Position numbers and translations under genes: made by a program
Notes under the pieces: generated by a model
Seen by the model: the letters and a program-made list of their open reading frames with translations, nothing else
What the model was told of the DNA's origin: nothing
The model's database searches: none
Shown here: positions 18,999-30,103 of the stretch, piece after piece
Position numbering within the stretch: position 1 is the stretch's first letter
Layout: the number at the start of each line of letters is the position of its first letter
DNA from: Terriglobia bacterium
Lineage (GTDB): Bacteria; Acidobacteriota; Terriglobia; 2-12-FULL-54-10
DNA: 64,000 nt
Reading direction: 5' to 3'
NCBI GenBank assembly: GCA_963666975.2
Contig: CAXVYR010000003.1
Coordinates: 1,184,001-1,248,000 of the forward strand

Positions 18999-21900
18999 TT
19001 AGAACGAAAACCGCAAGGCAAACTGGATTTGCCGGGCCGTAGTGACGGTTGACACAATTTTCCCCGTGTTGGAACTCCTGCGGGCGGAAGAGCCAGAAAA
19101 AACAATCGCAGAACCTCCTTCGGTCCTGTTGAAATTGGGATGATTCAACAGATTGAAAATTTCGGCTCGAAATTGAAGCCGTCTCTTGGAATCCAGGGAA
19201 AATTCCTTCTGCAGGGAGATGTCGGCATTGAACACTCGCGGAGCAATGATCGTATTGCGTCCCACATTCCCGAGTGTTCCGGGCTAAGGCGGGGCGAAGG
19301 CACAGGGATCAAAAAACAGGTCGGGGCCTCCCAGCTTGAGACCGGGCTTTATCTGTTGATCCGTACCCAAATCGCAGCCGGCGGTCACGCCCTTTGTTGG
19401 GTTCTTGCTGAAACCAGAGAGCAGGTTGGGCCGGCTGGCTGTAAACAGGAATCCCGGCGTACGGATGTTGATCCGAGGAGTAAAGGGAGTCCCGCTGCGA
19501 AGCCGCACAATTCCCCCCACCCGCCAGCCTCCAAAAACGTGTGCAAGCGGGCCGGAGCTCCACCAGCGCTGTCCGCCACCCAAAGGAAGCACGTAAAGGT
19601 AGTTGATTGCCAATCGATGCCGGATATTAAAGTTGGAAAGGCCCCTATCCAGAGTCCGTCGCAACCCAAACTGCACGGGACCAGCAAAATTGCTTCCCTG
19701 CCCGGATGCGTCATCCACGGATTTGCTGAAGGTATAGCTCGCTCGCATCGAAATCCCCCGGCTGAGGCCCTTATTAGCGGAAAGCCGGAAAGAGTTATAA
19801 AACGACTGGGCATCGCTGGTCAGGATTCGGATTCCCCCTTGGAAAGCAGGATTCACCGGACCCGTGTCTGGCGGAAAGAACAGGGTCCCGTCTTCCCCGA
19901 CTTCTGGAGCGGGAAACAGGTTTGTTTCGTGGGTGCGGAACAGATGGTTTCCCCTGGCGCCCACGTAAGAAGCTCCGGCACGCCAGCCTCCGGGAAGTTG
20001 CTGCTCCAAATCAAAGTTGTAGCGCAGTACCACCGGGCTGGTTGTGTCTCGGTAATTCGCAACTTGCGCCTGGATGGGCAGACCGCCTTCGGCGGCAGCC
20101 GCCTCGGCGACGGCGACCGCATCAGGGAAGGTGGAGGAAACGTCAAAGTTGGTTATTACGGCGATATTGAAGAAAGGAGCCGTGTTTTTTAGCTGCTCCG
20201 CCAGGTACTTAAGAAAATGATCGTAGTAGATGCCAAAACCTGCGCGAACCACCAGATTGCTGCTGCTCCCCGGAGACCAACTCAAGCCGATGCGGGGAGA
20301 AATATTGCCGAGCGACGGATTGCCATCCAGAAGAGGTCCAACTTGCACCTCCGTGTCGCGCAGCGGGTCGGGGAGAAAAACCGTTTTGCCGTCCCGTTCG
20401 CGGAGGAGCGTAGAAAATTCATAACGCAAACCCAGGTTCAGCTGCAGGCGGGGACGGATCGTATAAGCATCCTGTATATACATACCGACCAAGGTCTGCC
20501 GCAATGCTTTTCGGTTGTCCGAACCCGGCAAAGTGATGTCCAGATTGGTTCCACTCGCTCCTCCCTGGAGAAAATCCTCCAGACTGTTGAACGACCACTG
20601 CCCTCCCAAACGAGAACTGGAAAACTCATCCCGGCGGTAACGGTGAACTTTCAGTCCCATCTTCAGTGCGTGAGATCCGCGCTGCACGATCACATCGCCG
20701 GCAAACTGAAAGCTGTTCATGATTTCGGCTTCCGGAGTGGTGCGATTCGGACCAAAATCGCTCAAACCGGGGATACTAATCGTCCCAAACTGGGAAGCGC
20801 TGGGAACAAAAAATAGTCTCTGGGGAATTTCCAGAAAAGAGAGCGTTTCCCTGTCGGCCACTGGCCGTGTGAACCCAAAGCTGAACGAGGTCAAAAGGGC
20901 AGGGCTGAAAATATGGCTCCCCACCAGGGTTAGATACTGCTGGCGGCTGTTGGACAGCGAGTTGAACAGAAAAGTGCCCTGAGCATTCTGGCTGGTGGCG
21001 TCGTCAAAGGTATAACGGGCGAAGAAGCTGTCCCGTTCCGTAATCGCATGATCCAGGCGCACAGTAAAAAATATTTCATTGGTTGGCAAGAACTGCGAGG
21101 CGACATTCCGGCCGATCCCCTCTCCCTCCCGGCCCGCATTGGGCAGAGGATAAAGCTCCAGATATTCCGGGATGCGCGGGTGCAGCGGAACCGTTTTGAT
21201 AATCTCTCCGGCTTCGTTCGTGATCAGCCCTTGCCGGGCCTGCTCGTCCGGGAAGAAATCCACATTCGTTTCGGTCAGCCGGTCGCGCAGCCCCTCGAAG
21301 CTGCCCATAACGAAGGTTCTTTCTTTCACAACCGGACCCGTAAGCGTGAATCCAAATTGGTTCCGCTTGAAGGGAGGAATCGGCTCATCCGCCGGGTCAA
21401 AAAAATTCTTCGCATCGAGCTTGCTGTTGCGCAGGAATTCGAAGAAAGTCCCGTGGAACTCCGGAGTGCCGGATTGCGTGATGGAGTTCAGAATCCCCCC
21501 GCTGCCGCCGCCATACTCGGCGTCGTAAGTCGTGCTGAATACCTGAACCTCCAACACCGCATCCGACCCCAGTTGAACCCCCGCCGCGCTGCGCGGGACC
21601 CGGTTGCCGGAATCCATGATATTTGTTCCATCCAGCAAAAAACTATTGGAGGTAGAGCGGCCTCCCGCCACGGTCAGCCCCCCGCCGCCAACCCCTCGCG
21701 AACCCGAAGCCGCGGAGGGATCGCTCACGCCTGCCTGCAGAGTCGCCAACTGGCTGTAGCTGCGACCGTTCAGGGGAAGCCCCACCAGTTGGCTTTCGTC
21801 AATCCGATTGGTTGAGGAAACTTCCGCTGTTTCTTTTGCCGATTCTTGGACCTCTGGCTCCTGAACTCCTGTGCTTTGCTCCAATACAAAGGCGAGAGTC

Positions 21901-22226
21901 ACCAACTAGCCTGCCCCTAGCTCGACCCCTTCCTGTATCTTGGCAATAAAACCATCTTGCGAAGCTTCCAGCTTGTAAACTCCGGGGTTGAGTTGCGGTA
22001 TTTCAAACTGTCCTTCGCGGTTGCTGCTGACCGCGCGGCCCCGCCCCGTCTCAACATGGAGCGCCTTCACCGTCGCTTTTGGAACGGGGGTTCCCGTTTG
22101 ATCTCGCACCGAGCCGCGCAGCGAAGCCAGGAAGGTCTCGGCCCACAACGCCGGTGGTGGCGCGATGAGCAGCATGCAAACAATTGTTGCAGTTATCACC
22201 CAAACTTGTTTCACCGATTTGTGCAC
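18999..22226 (-). pseudogene. Oar-type TonB-dependent receptor with two in-frame TAG codons
   Basis: ORFs 21906-22241, 19284-21905 and 18999-19265 share one frame; TAG at 21906-21908 and 19284-19286; colinear with the paralog at 22695-25883; ends ARQIQFALRFSF. Confidence 0.85.
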
Positions 22227-22461
22227 GAACTCACTCCACAATCGCCGACATGAGAACTGACCCGCCAGTCACAATTTCAATCATACTTCGTCCTTTTCGC
22301 ACTAATGGATAGATCACTGACGGCAATGGCGACTACTCATTGACCAAAATCAAACCAGAATGGGCTGCAAATGAATAAGTTATTTTACTCTCATCCTGCG
22401 AGTGCGTACAGAGCCTGTGCAGCCGCAGTTACGGCCTTTGCTTGATGGGAGTATGGTTTTT

Positions 22462-22522
22462 TGGTGCTGGAGGGGGGAGTCGCCCCCCCATGCCCGCGAG
22501 GGGCGCCAGATTTTGAGTCTGG
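22462..22522 (-). repeat. degenerate copy of the tRNA-Leu(CAA) 3' part (att-like direct repeat)
   Basis: Matches 33414-33473 from the anticodon arm to CCA; T-loop TTCGA changed to GGCGA; variable arm altered; 5' part absent. Confidence 0.9.
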
Positions 22523-22694
22523 GGAAAAGACGTTTGTACCAACGCGCACCATGCCTCCAGGAGGAGCACACAGTGCGCAAGGCCGCTTAAACAAAGGCTC
22601 CCCTGGAATGCAACCTGAGCCGATTCCACACGATTTCAGGCTATCTTCCGCACAGATCTCAAAGAAATCCGCTTGATTACAAAGGAGAATTTTC

Positions 22695-25600
22695 TTAGAA
22701 CGAGAATCGCAAGGCAAACTGAATCTGCCGAGCAGTAGTGGCGGTAGATACAATTCGTGCCGCACGGGGATTGGGGCGGCCGGACGCTCCCGAAAAGATA
22801 ATGGTGGAGCCTCCAATGTTCTTATTAAAATTGGTATGGTTCGGCAGGTTGAAGAATTCCGCCCGAAATTGGAGCCGTCTCTTGGCATCCAGAAGAAATT
22901 CCCTCTGGAGAGAGACATCCACATTAAACACGCTCGGCGCAATGATGGTGTTGCGTCCGACATTCCCAAGAGTACCGGGTAGAGGCACGCTATAAACGGA
23001 GGGATCGAAGTATTGCTCGGGGTCACCCTGAATTGGGTTATTGCTCCGGCCGGGAAGCAAGTTGGGCCGACTAGCTGCAAAGAGGTAACCCGGCCTACGG
23101 ACATTGAGGAGCGGCGTAAAAGGAGTCCCGGTACGAAACCTGATAATTCCTCCCATCCGCCACCCTCCGAGAATTTGCGAAAGGACGCCGGATTTCAGCC
23201 AGCGCTGTCCACCACCTAGTGGCGGCGTGTAAAAGTAGTTAATTACGAAACGATGGCGTGTGTCGAAATCGGAAAGTCCCCGATCGAGTGTCCTCGCTAT
23301 TCCGTACTGACCTGCAGAGTTAAAGAGAGCGGAGGCATCGTCTACTGACTTGCTGTAGGTATAGCTAGCTTGCAAGGAGATCCCTCCGCTGAGGCTCTTG
23401 TTCGCCGAAAGCTGAAGAGAGTTATAAAAGGATTGGGCGTCGCTGCTGGTGAAGTTTAGCCTTCCAAAAGCGGGATTAATCGGGCCCGCATTGGGCCGGC
23501 AAAGAGCCGACGGATTCAGATTCAATGGATCATTGCAGTTGTCGGGGAAGAACAGTGATCCGTTGGCCATGGTGATGGGAACAGGGAACAAGTTAGCTTC
23601 ATAGGTGCGAAACAGATGGTTGCCTCTTGCGCCTACATAGGATGCCCGGGCACGCCAGCCTCCGGGCAACTGCTGTTGCAGAGTGAAGTTGTAGCGCAGC
23701 ACCATAGGGGTAGTCGTGTGCTGGTAATCCAGGATTTGAGCCTGAAGAGGTGTTTCGGCGACTGCGGTTACTGCGTCGGGAAAGTCCTGGGAGGAATCAA
23801 AGTTGGTTCTTACTGCCCCCTTGTAAAAAGGAAGCGTGCTTCTTCGGTGGTATACATATCCGAGCAATTGATCGTAGTAAATGCCAAAGCCACCGCTCAG
23901 CACCGTATTCCCTCTGCTCCCCGGAGACCAGGTAATCCCAAGGCGAGGAGAAAGATTGCGCAGCGAGGGATTGTTCTCCAGAAGAGGGCCGATCTGCACC
24001 GCTGAGTCTCGCACCGGGTCGGGGAGGAAGGCGGTCTTGCCACCCCTGTCGTGGATGAGGGTAGCGAATTCATAGCGGAGGCCCAAATTAAGCTGGAAAC
24101 GCGAACTGATTTTATAGGCATTTTGAACATAGAAGCCCACCAGGGTCTGGCGGTAAGCCTGTCTGTTATCCGAGCCCGGCAAAGCAACTGTCAGGGTGGT
24201 CCCCTCCGGCCCCGCCTCCAGAAAGCTATCCAGGCTGTTGAAAGACCATACAGCTCCCTTATTAAAACTACTGGAGAAATCCCAGCGATAGCGATGAACT
24301 TCGAATCCCAACTTCATCGAGTGGGCTCCCCTCTGGACCACCACATCGTCTGCAAATTGGAATGTATTCATAATGTTGGATTCCGGCAGGGAGACCGAAG
24401 GGCCGAAAGGAGTTATCCCTGGAACTGAGATCTGCCCAAATTGGGGAGCGTCGGTGATAAAAAACAACTCGCGCGGAATCTCAATCGAGGAAAGACCCTC
24501 TACGACCAACACTGGCCGGGTGTACCCGAAGCGAAATGAGTTTAAAACACGGGGACTAAAAATATGGGTTCCCACCAGGGTCAGATACTGCTGGCGGCTA
24601 TTGTTGAGCCTGGCGAAGACAAAAGAGGCCGTTTCGCCAGTGCTGGTGGCATCGTCAAAGTTATAGCGGGCGAAGAAGCTGTCCCGCTCGGAAATCTGGT
24701 GATCCAGCCGAACAGTGAAAAAAATTTCATTGGTGGGCAAGAACAGGGAGGCGGCGTTTCGCTGGATCCCTTCCCCCAGCGGGACCGAGTTTGGTAGAGG
24801 ATATAGCGCCAAGTAGGGCCTTACGTTAGGGTGCACGGGAACGGTTCGGAGCACCTTTCCAGAAGCGTCCGTAATAATTCCTTGCCGCGCCATCTCGTCA
24901 GGAAAGAAGTTAACTTTAGTATTGGTCAGCCGGTCGCGCAGCCCCTCAAAGCTGCCCAAAAAAAAGGTCCTTTCCTTCACCACCGGACCCGTGAGGGTGA
25001 ATCCAAACTGGTTGCGCTTGAAGGGGGTGGGCTCCGGGCCGGGGTCATAGAAATTCCGGGCATCGAGCTTGCTGTTGCGAAAGAACTCGAAAAAGGTGCC
25101 GTGGAACTCGGGCGTCCCGGAGCGGCTGATGGAGTTCAGAACACCACCGCTAGCGCGGCCATATTCCGCCCCGTAGTTGCTGCTGAATACCTGAACCTGG
25201 AAAACCGCGTCAGAACCCAACTGCCCACCGGCCGCGCTTCGGGGAACCCGATTCGCAGTGTCCATGATGTTGGTCCCGTCCAATAAAAAAGCGTTCGAGG
25301 TAGACCGCCCTCCCGCTACGGTTAACCCGCCGCTGCCGCCTCCCCGCGAGGATGAACCGGCAAAAGGATCGCTCACGCCGGCCTGGAGAGTCGCCAGTTG
25401 GCTATAACTGCGACCGTTGAGAGGAAGACCGACTAGCTGGCTTTCACTGATCTGGCCTGCATTGATGGCTGAGGACTCCCTGTCTGTACCCGCGCCCTGG
25501 GCCGTTCGTTCCTGATCTCCGAATCCTCGTTCCAACACCAAATCCAGAGTCACCAACTGCTCTGCGCCCAGTTCCAACCCTTCCTGCAACCGGCTTACAA

Positions 25601-25883
25601 AGCCAGCCTGGGAAGCCTGGACTTCGTAAGTACCGGGAACCAATCGTTGGATTTCAAACTGTCCCTCTGCGTCGCTGCTGACGGTACGGCCCAATCCCGT
25701 CTCCAGATTTTTCACCATCACCGCCGATCCCGCGAGGGGCGCTCCTGACTGATCCTGCACCGTACCCCGCAGCGTCGCCATGCTCACCTGTGCCAGCGCC
25801 CCTGTCCTTGCCCAGAAAAGCAGCGTGAACAGAAGCGCTGCCGAAAGAGCCAAACCTTGCACTACTGATTTAGATGCGTGCAT
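22695..25883 (-). CDS. Oar-type TonB-dependent receptor with carboxypeptidase regulatory-like N-domain
   Basis: Signal peptide, GTVQDQSGAPL, LPLNGRSY, AEYGRASGG, RNSKLDARNF, C-terminal aromatic RFSF; GGAG RBS before ATG 25883. Confidence 0.9.
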   Translation of the reverse strand: MHASKSVVQGLALSAALLFTLLFWARTGALAQVSMATLRGTVQDQSGAPLAGSAVMVKNLETGLGRTVSSDAEGQFEIQRLVPGTYEVQASQAGFVSRLQEGLELGAEQLVTLDLVLERGFGDQERTAQGAGTDRESSAINAGQISESQLVGLPLNGRSYSQLATLQAGVSDPFAGSSSRGGGSGGLTVAGGRSTSNAFLLDGTNIMDTANRVPRSAAGGQLGSDAVFQVQVFSSNYGAEYGRASGGVLNSISRSGTPEFHGTFFEFFRNSKLDARNFYDPGPEPTPFKRNQFGFTLTGPVVKERTFFLGSFEGLRDRLTNTKVNFFPDEMARQGIITDASGKVLRTVPVHPNVRPYLALYPLPNSVPLGEGIQRNAASLFLPTNEIFFTVRLDHQISERDSFFARYNFDDATSTGETASFVFARLNNSRQQYLTLVGTHIFSPRVLNSFRFGYTRPVLVVEGLSSIEIPRELFFITDAPQFGQISVPGITPFGPSVSLPESNIMNTFQFADDVVVQRGAHSMKLGFEVHRYRWDFSSSFNKGAVWSFNSLDSFLEAGPEGTTLTVALPGSDNRQAYRQTLVGFYVQNAYKISSRFQLNLGLRYEFATLIHDRGGKTAFLPDPVRDSAVQIGPLLENNPSLRNLSPRLGITWSPGSRGNTVLSGGFGIYYDQLLGYVYHRRSTLPFYKGAVRTNFDSSQDFPDAVTAVAETPLQAQILDYQHTTTPMVLRYNFTLQQQLPGGWRARASYVGARGNHLFRTYEANLFPVPITMANGSLFFPDNCNDPLNLNPSALCRPNAGPINPAFGRLNFTSSDAQSFYNSLQLSANKSLSGGISLQASYTYSKSVDDASALFNSAGQYGIARTLDRGLSDFDTRHRFVINYFYTPPLGGGQRWLKSGVLSQILGGWRMGGIIRFRTGTPFTPLLNVRRPGYLFAASRPNLLPGRSNNPIQGDPEQYFDPSVYSVPLPGTLGNVGRNTIIAPSVFNVDVSLQREFLLDAKRRLQFRAEFFNLPNHTNFNKNIGGSTIIFSGASGRPNPRAARIVSTATTARQIQFALRFSF

Positions 25884-25949
25884 GCTCCGCACTTCCTTGA
25901 AAAAAGCTGCCTTCAAGGTCTGCAATATCTGTAACTTTTTCTTCGCACC

Positions 25950-27833
25950 TTACCATTGAGCCGCCGGGCCTCCAAGTTCTATCTGGGCTCCAGTGGGTTG
26001 CATTCCCCACTCCCGCGCTAGGGATGGAACCAGATGCATCGGTTTGCCGCCCACCATCGTCATCAACACCCGGATATTCAGAATGTCATCCACGGGAATG
26101 GTCAAGTAGTCTCGGTCCAATACGACCAAGTCCGCAAACTTGCCCGGCTCCAGGGAACCGAGGACATCTTCTTTCAGGGTTCCATAGGCTGCAAAGAGAG
26201 TTGCCGATTTGAGCATCGCCTCGCGACTGATGGCCTGCGCGGGAGCAGCTAAATTTCCATCCCAATCCTTCCGCGTAATGGCGCCATAGAGAACGTGCAT
26301 GTAGGTCAAGTTGGTGTATTCGCTGAGGGGCCGGTCAATTTCGACGCTGTTCATGATCCCGGCATCATACAGGGCTTTGCGGGGAACCATATTCATCGCA
26401 CCCCGCTCGCCGTAGTCCCGCAGAACCTGTGTTACGGTCCCTTGCCAGACGACGATGTCCCAACCACTGGTCACTATCCCTAATTTTTTGAAGCGCGGAA
26501 TCTGATCCGGGCGGGGATACATAGTCATATGTTCGGTGACATGGCGTTTGGACCGGATCTCGTCCAGCGTCATGCCAGCGTCTCTACCGGCTTTCTCTAT
26601 GATGTCCAGCACCATATCTATTTCCACATCCCCCATCATATGGTCACCGGCTATTCGTCCTCCTGCCTTGAGGTATTCGTATAGAGCACGAGAAATGTTT
26701 TCCTGGGCATATCCAGGATTCGCACAAGCCCTTTCTTTCCGGGCAGTTGCTTCGGGGGTAAGCGGATCCAGCGTGGTGCACTGTCCTCCCTGGTGGGCGG
26801 TCATCCCTGTATTCCAGAGGTAATCGGAACCCTTGCCGACCATGGAGGCCACCGCGTTCACAAAATAGGGGTCTTGGAAGAAGTCGTTGCGCTCCGGCCA
26901 GAACCAGCCCCAACCAAGCCGCATCGCCATCTCTCCCTCTTTGTCCAAGCTATTGAAGGCTCGAATGGCTCCACCCGTATAGAGTGAAGTCGCATTTAGG
27001 GTAATCCCAAGGGCTGATGTCCAGGACAACCCGAGCCGGTAGATCTCGCGCAGTACCTCGGGTGGGTAAAGGATGTCTTGCTCCACTTCCCGATAGCAAA
27101 CGCCGCATGTGCCGGTCTCCTCTGCACTCTCTCCTGTATAGGAACCTATTGGGTTGATCAGAAACTTGTCCCATTGATCCCCATACCCGTTCTTTACGGC
27201 CTCAATTCCTTTTTGGTTCAACACCAAGCCCGTAAAACCCCCTCGAATGAGCACTGGATTGTTGGGAGCCGCCACGTCCAGCATATTTTTATTAATTTGC
27301 CTGCCCAACATGGGCGAGATCTCATTCCCCCATCGGTAGTCTGGACCGTATAACAAACTGATCCGAATCCATTGGCCGGGTTTGGCCTTCTGCACCGCCT
27401 CATCCAAAACTCGAGGGAATTGTTGCATCACTTGATCGGGGGGCACATTCAAAAACCGCTCAATGTGCATGTCGTCGCTGACCACCTTCTTCATGACCGT
27501 CGGATTCAGCGGATTCCAGTCTTGCGGATGATCGTGCGTGGCTCCAAAACCGGGGGTTACCGTTCGCCCCTCCAAATCATACGATTTCGTGTTGGGGCCT
27601 GCCAGCCGGCGAACTTGGTCATTGCTCCCCACCGCCGCAATCTTCCCTTCCCGGATCGCGATCGCCTGAGCTATCGTGCCAAGATTTGCATTGACTTCGT
27701 GGTTGTTCACCGTGACAACCTTGCCGTTGTAAAGAATCGTGTCCGGGGCCGTCTGCTGGGCCCACAACGGCCCTCCACTCACCCCCAACACCCACACCAC
27801 GATCAGCAAATGCCAAAAGATTTCTTTCCTCAT
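25950..27833 (-). CDS. secreted amidohydrolase-3 (YtcJ-like) family protein
   Basis: Signal peptide (LWA-QQ), PDTILYNGKVVT, PGFGATHDH (HxH), GSLEPGKFADLVVLDRDY, MTMVGGK. Confidence 0.85.
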   Translation of the reverse strand: MRKEIFWHLLIVVWVLGVSGGPLWAQQTAPDTILYNGKVVTVNNHEVNANLGTIAQAIAIREGKIAAVGSNDQVRRLAGPNTKSYDLEGRTVTPGFGATHDHPQDWNPLNPTVMKKVVSDDMHIERFLNVPPDQVMQQFPRVLDEAVQKAKPGQWIRISLLYGPDYRWGNEISPMLGRQINKNMLDVAAPNNPVLIRGGFTGLVLNQKGIEAVKNGYGDQWDKFLINPIGSYTGESAEETGTCGVCYREVEQDILYPPEVLREIYRLGLSWTSALGITLNATSLYTGGAIRAFNSLDKEGEMAMRLGWGWFWPERNDFFQDPYFVNAVASMVGKGSDYLWNTGMTAHQGGQCTTLDPLTPEATARKERACANPGYAQENISRALYEYLKAGGRIAGDHMMGDVEIDMVLDIIEKAGRDAGMTLDEIRSKRHVTEHMTMYPRPDQIPRFKKLGIVTSGWDIVVWQGTVTQVLRDYGERGAMNMVPRKALYDAGIMNSVEIDRPLSEYTNLTYMHVLYGAITRKDWDGNLAAPAQAISREAMLKSATLFAAYGTLKEDVLGSLEPGKFADLVVLDRDYLTIPVDDILNIRVLMTMVGGKPMHLVPSLAREWGMQPTGAQIELGGPAAQW

Positions 27834-27942
27834 TTTTTATCTCCCCTCAAGGTTGTAATTTTCGAAAGCGCAATTTGTAACTCTCGCAAAGAATCCGGCC
27901 CAGCCAGCCCGGCCGTTTCTGGGAGAGAGTTGACAGGCTGCC

Positions 27943-28053
27943 AGTGCGGTCCCGGTGGGTGTCCCTGGCTTTGTGGACCTCTCCCATGCCGCCCGCACCG
28001 AGCGGGCTGAGAACCTCGTACGAGCCAAGCCGGACACCTGGGGATATGGACAC
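27943..28053 (-). pseudogene. N-terminal remnant of a Hanks-type Ser/Thr protein kinase
   Basis: GVRLGSYEVLSPLGAGGMGEVHKARDT..DRT (Gly-rich loop); similarity is lost before the VAIK lysine. Confidence 0.85.
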
Positions 28054-28258
28054 GGATTACTCCCGCCTGATTGAAAATGATGGTGAAAGATTACACGAGA
28101 GGAAAAGGGAAAGCAACTGTCGTCAGGGGCAAGGCCCTTGGAGCAGCAGAGGCGAAAAGGGATTGAACTAAGCGGGGGTGGCGTATACTTTATTCTCGGA
28201 ATGAGTTGAAAACGCAATTTCTGGCTTAACCTGCGAACAAAAGCCGAGGAGGTGAATC

Positions 28259-30103
28259 ATGAAATGCCAATGGGTTTTGCGAGTTGTGCTAATGGGATGG
28301 GTAATCTGGGGGGGGCAGAACCTCGTGTGGGCCCAGCAAGCGCCAGATACCATTCTCCACAATGGGAAGATCGTCACAGTGGACAACTATGAGGTCAACT
28401 CGGAGTTAGGCACCATCGCTGAGGCGATTGCGATCCGGGATGGGGAAATCGTCGCCGTCGGTAGCAATGCTCGGGTTCGAAGCTTGGCTGGTTCCACCAC
28501 AAACAGCATTGATCTGAAAGGACGGATGCTCATGCCAGGCATCATCAATACACACGAACACCCACAGGACTGGGATCGGTTCGTTCCCCAAGTGATGAAG
28601 AAGGTTATTACTGATGATGTGTATATAGAGCGCTTCCTGGATGATCCGCCAGAGCAGCAACTAGAGAAATTTTTACCCACACTGGATGAGGCGGTCAGAA
28701 AGGCCAAACCGGGCCAGTGGATTAAGATTAACCTGCTACCTGGAAAAGACTTTACCTACAACAGAGTTATAAATGGCTACTTTGGCAGACAGATAACGAA
28801 GCAACAAATCGATCTTGCCGCACCCAATAATCCTGTGATAGTTAGAAGCCAGACGGTTGCTACTTTACTGAATCAGAAGGCCATTGAAGAGGTGAAAAAG
28901 GTTTGGGATTTGTCCAAGACACCTTTCCGAGATAACTTAAATGAGGATACCGGTCTGGGGGGAACAATTTATCGAATCATAGAACCGGATGTGATGCTGA
29001 AAGGTCGAATGGATTTGCTGACCCAAATTTATAAGCTGGGACTTTCTTGGTGGACAGGATATGGAATCACCACCATCGGCACGTTGTTTTACGCACCTTC
29101 TGCGATAACGGCTTATCGAATGCTGGAGGGCCGCAGCGAACTGCCTCTCCGGCTTGCTTGGGGATGGAACTGGGGCCAGGAGCTGTTCTATCAAGATCCG
29201 TATTTCTTGGCGGACATCGCCTCGCGGGTTGGAAAGGGCTCGGACTACCTCTGGTTTATCGGTGGCAGCGCTGGTTCCGCCACCACCTGCTCCACACTAC
29301 CTGGGACCTCCACCGAGGTCAAGGCGCGGGAGCGAAACTGTACTTTTGAACCAGGCTCTCAGGTTCACGATTTGCTGACCCGATACGTCAAAGCCGGTGG
29401 GAGGGTAACTCTGTTTCACAGCGACTATGACAAGGATATTGACTACTATTTGGATGTGATTGAGAACGCAAGCAAGGAGGCTGGCTTTACCCTCGATGAG
29501 ATTCGGGCCAAGCGGCATAGTTTTGATCATGGGGCTCAAGCCCCAAGACCAGACCAAGTTGAGCGTCTCAAAAAGCTGGGCATGATGGTCGGGAATCGCG
29601 ATATGCAAATCTGGCAGTTCGCACCCCGGCAATTGAGGAACTACGGAGAACAGGCCGTGCAATGGATCTCGCCTCGGATCAGTGAAACCGAGGGCGGCGT
29701 TATGAATACATTCGAGATCGATCGCGCTATCGGCGCTTCCGACCTTACCGCCTTTTGGGTACTCTCCATCGGAATCACCAGAAAGGCCTATGACGGGAAG
29801 GTCTATGCACCCAGCCAGCGGGCAGATCGGGATGCACTGCTCAAGGCAGCCACGATTTGGGGCGCCCATTACGTTCTGCGGGAAAAGGAACTGGGTTCGC
29901 TGGAGCCGGGCAAAGGGGCCGACTTTCTTGTGCTGGACAAAGATTACCTTACGATTCGCGAAGAGGACATTGCAAATATTCGCGTCTTAATGACCGTGGT
30001 GGGCGGCAAGGTGGTTCACCTAGTTCCGTCTCTGGCCCGCGAAATCGGGATGCAACCGACCGGGGCCCAGGTGGAACTCGGCGGACCGGCGGCTCAATGG
30101 TAA
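28259..30103 (+). CDS. secreted amidohydrolase-3 (YtcJ-like) family protein, paralog of 25950-27833
   Basis: Signal peptide, PGIINTHEHPQDW, GSLEPGKGADFLVLDKDY; shared C-terminus GMQPTGAQ.ELGGPAAQW. Confidence 0.85.
   Translation: MKCQWVLRVVLMGWVIWGGQNLVWAQQAPDTILHNGKIVTVDNYEVNSELGTIAEAIAIRDGEIVAVGSNARVRSLAGSTTNSIDLKGRMLMPGIINTHEHPQDWDRFVPQVMKKVITDDVYIERFLDDPPEQQLEKFLPTLDEAVRKAKPGQWIKINLLPGKDFTYNRVINGYFGRQITKQQIDLAAPNNPVIVRSQTVATLLNQKAIEEVKKVWDLSKTPFRDNLNEDTGLGGTIYRIIEPDVMLKGRMDLLTQIYKLGLSWWTGYGITTIGTLFYAPSAITAYRMLEGRSELPLRLAWGWNWGQELFYQDPYFLADIASRVGKGSDYLWFIGGSAGSATTCSTLPGTSTEVKARERNCTFEPGSQVHDLLTRYVKAGGRVTLFHSDYDKDIDYYLDVIENASKEAGFTLDEIRAKRHSFDHGAQAPRPDQVERLKKLGMMVGNRDMQIWQFAPRQLRNYGEQAVQWISPRISETEGGVMNTFEIDRAIGASDLTAFWVLSIGITRKAYDGKVYAPSQRADRDALLKAATIWGAHYVLREKELGSLEPGKGADFLVLDKDYLTIREEDIANIRVLMTVVGGKVVHLVPSLAREIGMQPTGAQVELGGPAAQW

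Noticed and set aside
18999-22226. Genome-wide TAG reassignment
   Set aside because: TAG ends several full-length genes at their expected C-termini (AttH-like, RND permease, carD, czcB, PII), and the czcB internal stop is TAA.
22462-22522. Second functional tRNA-Leu
   Set aside because: The 5' acceptor strand and D-arm are missing and the T-loop is mutated.
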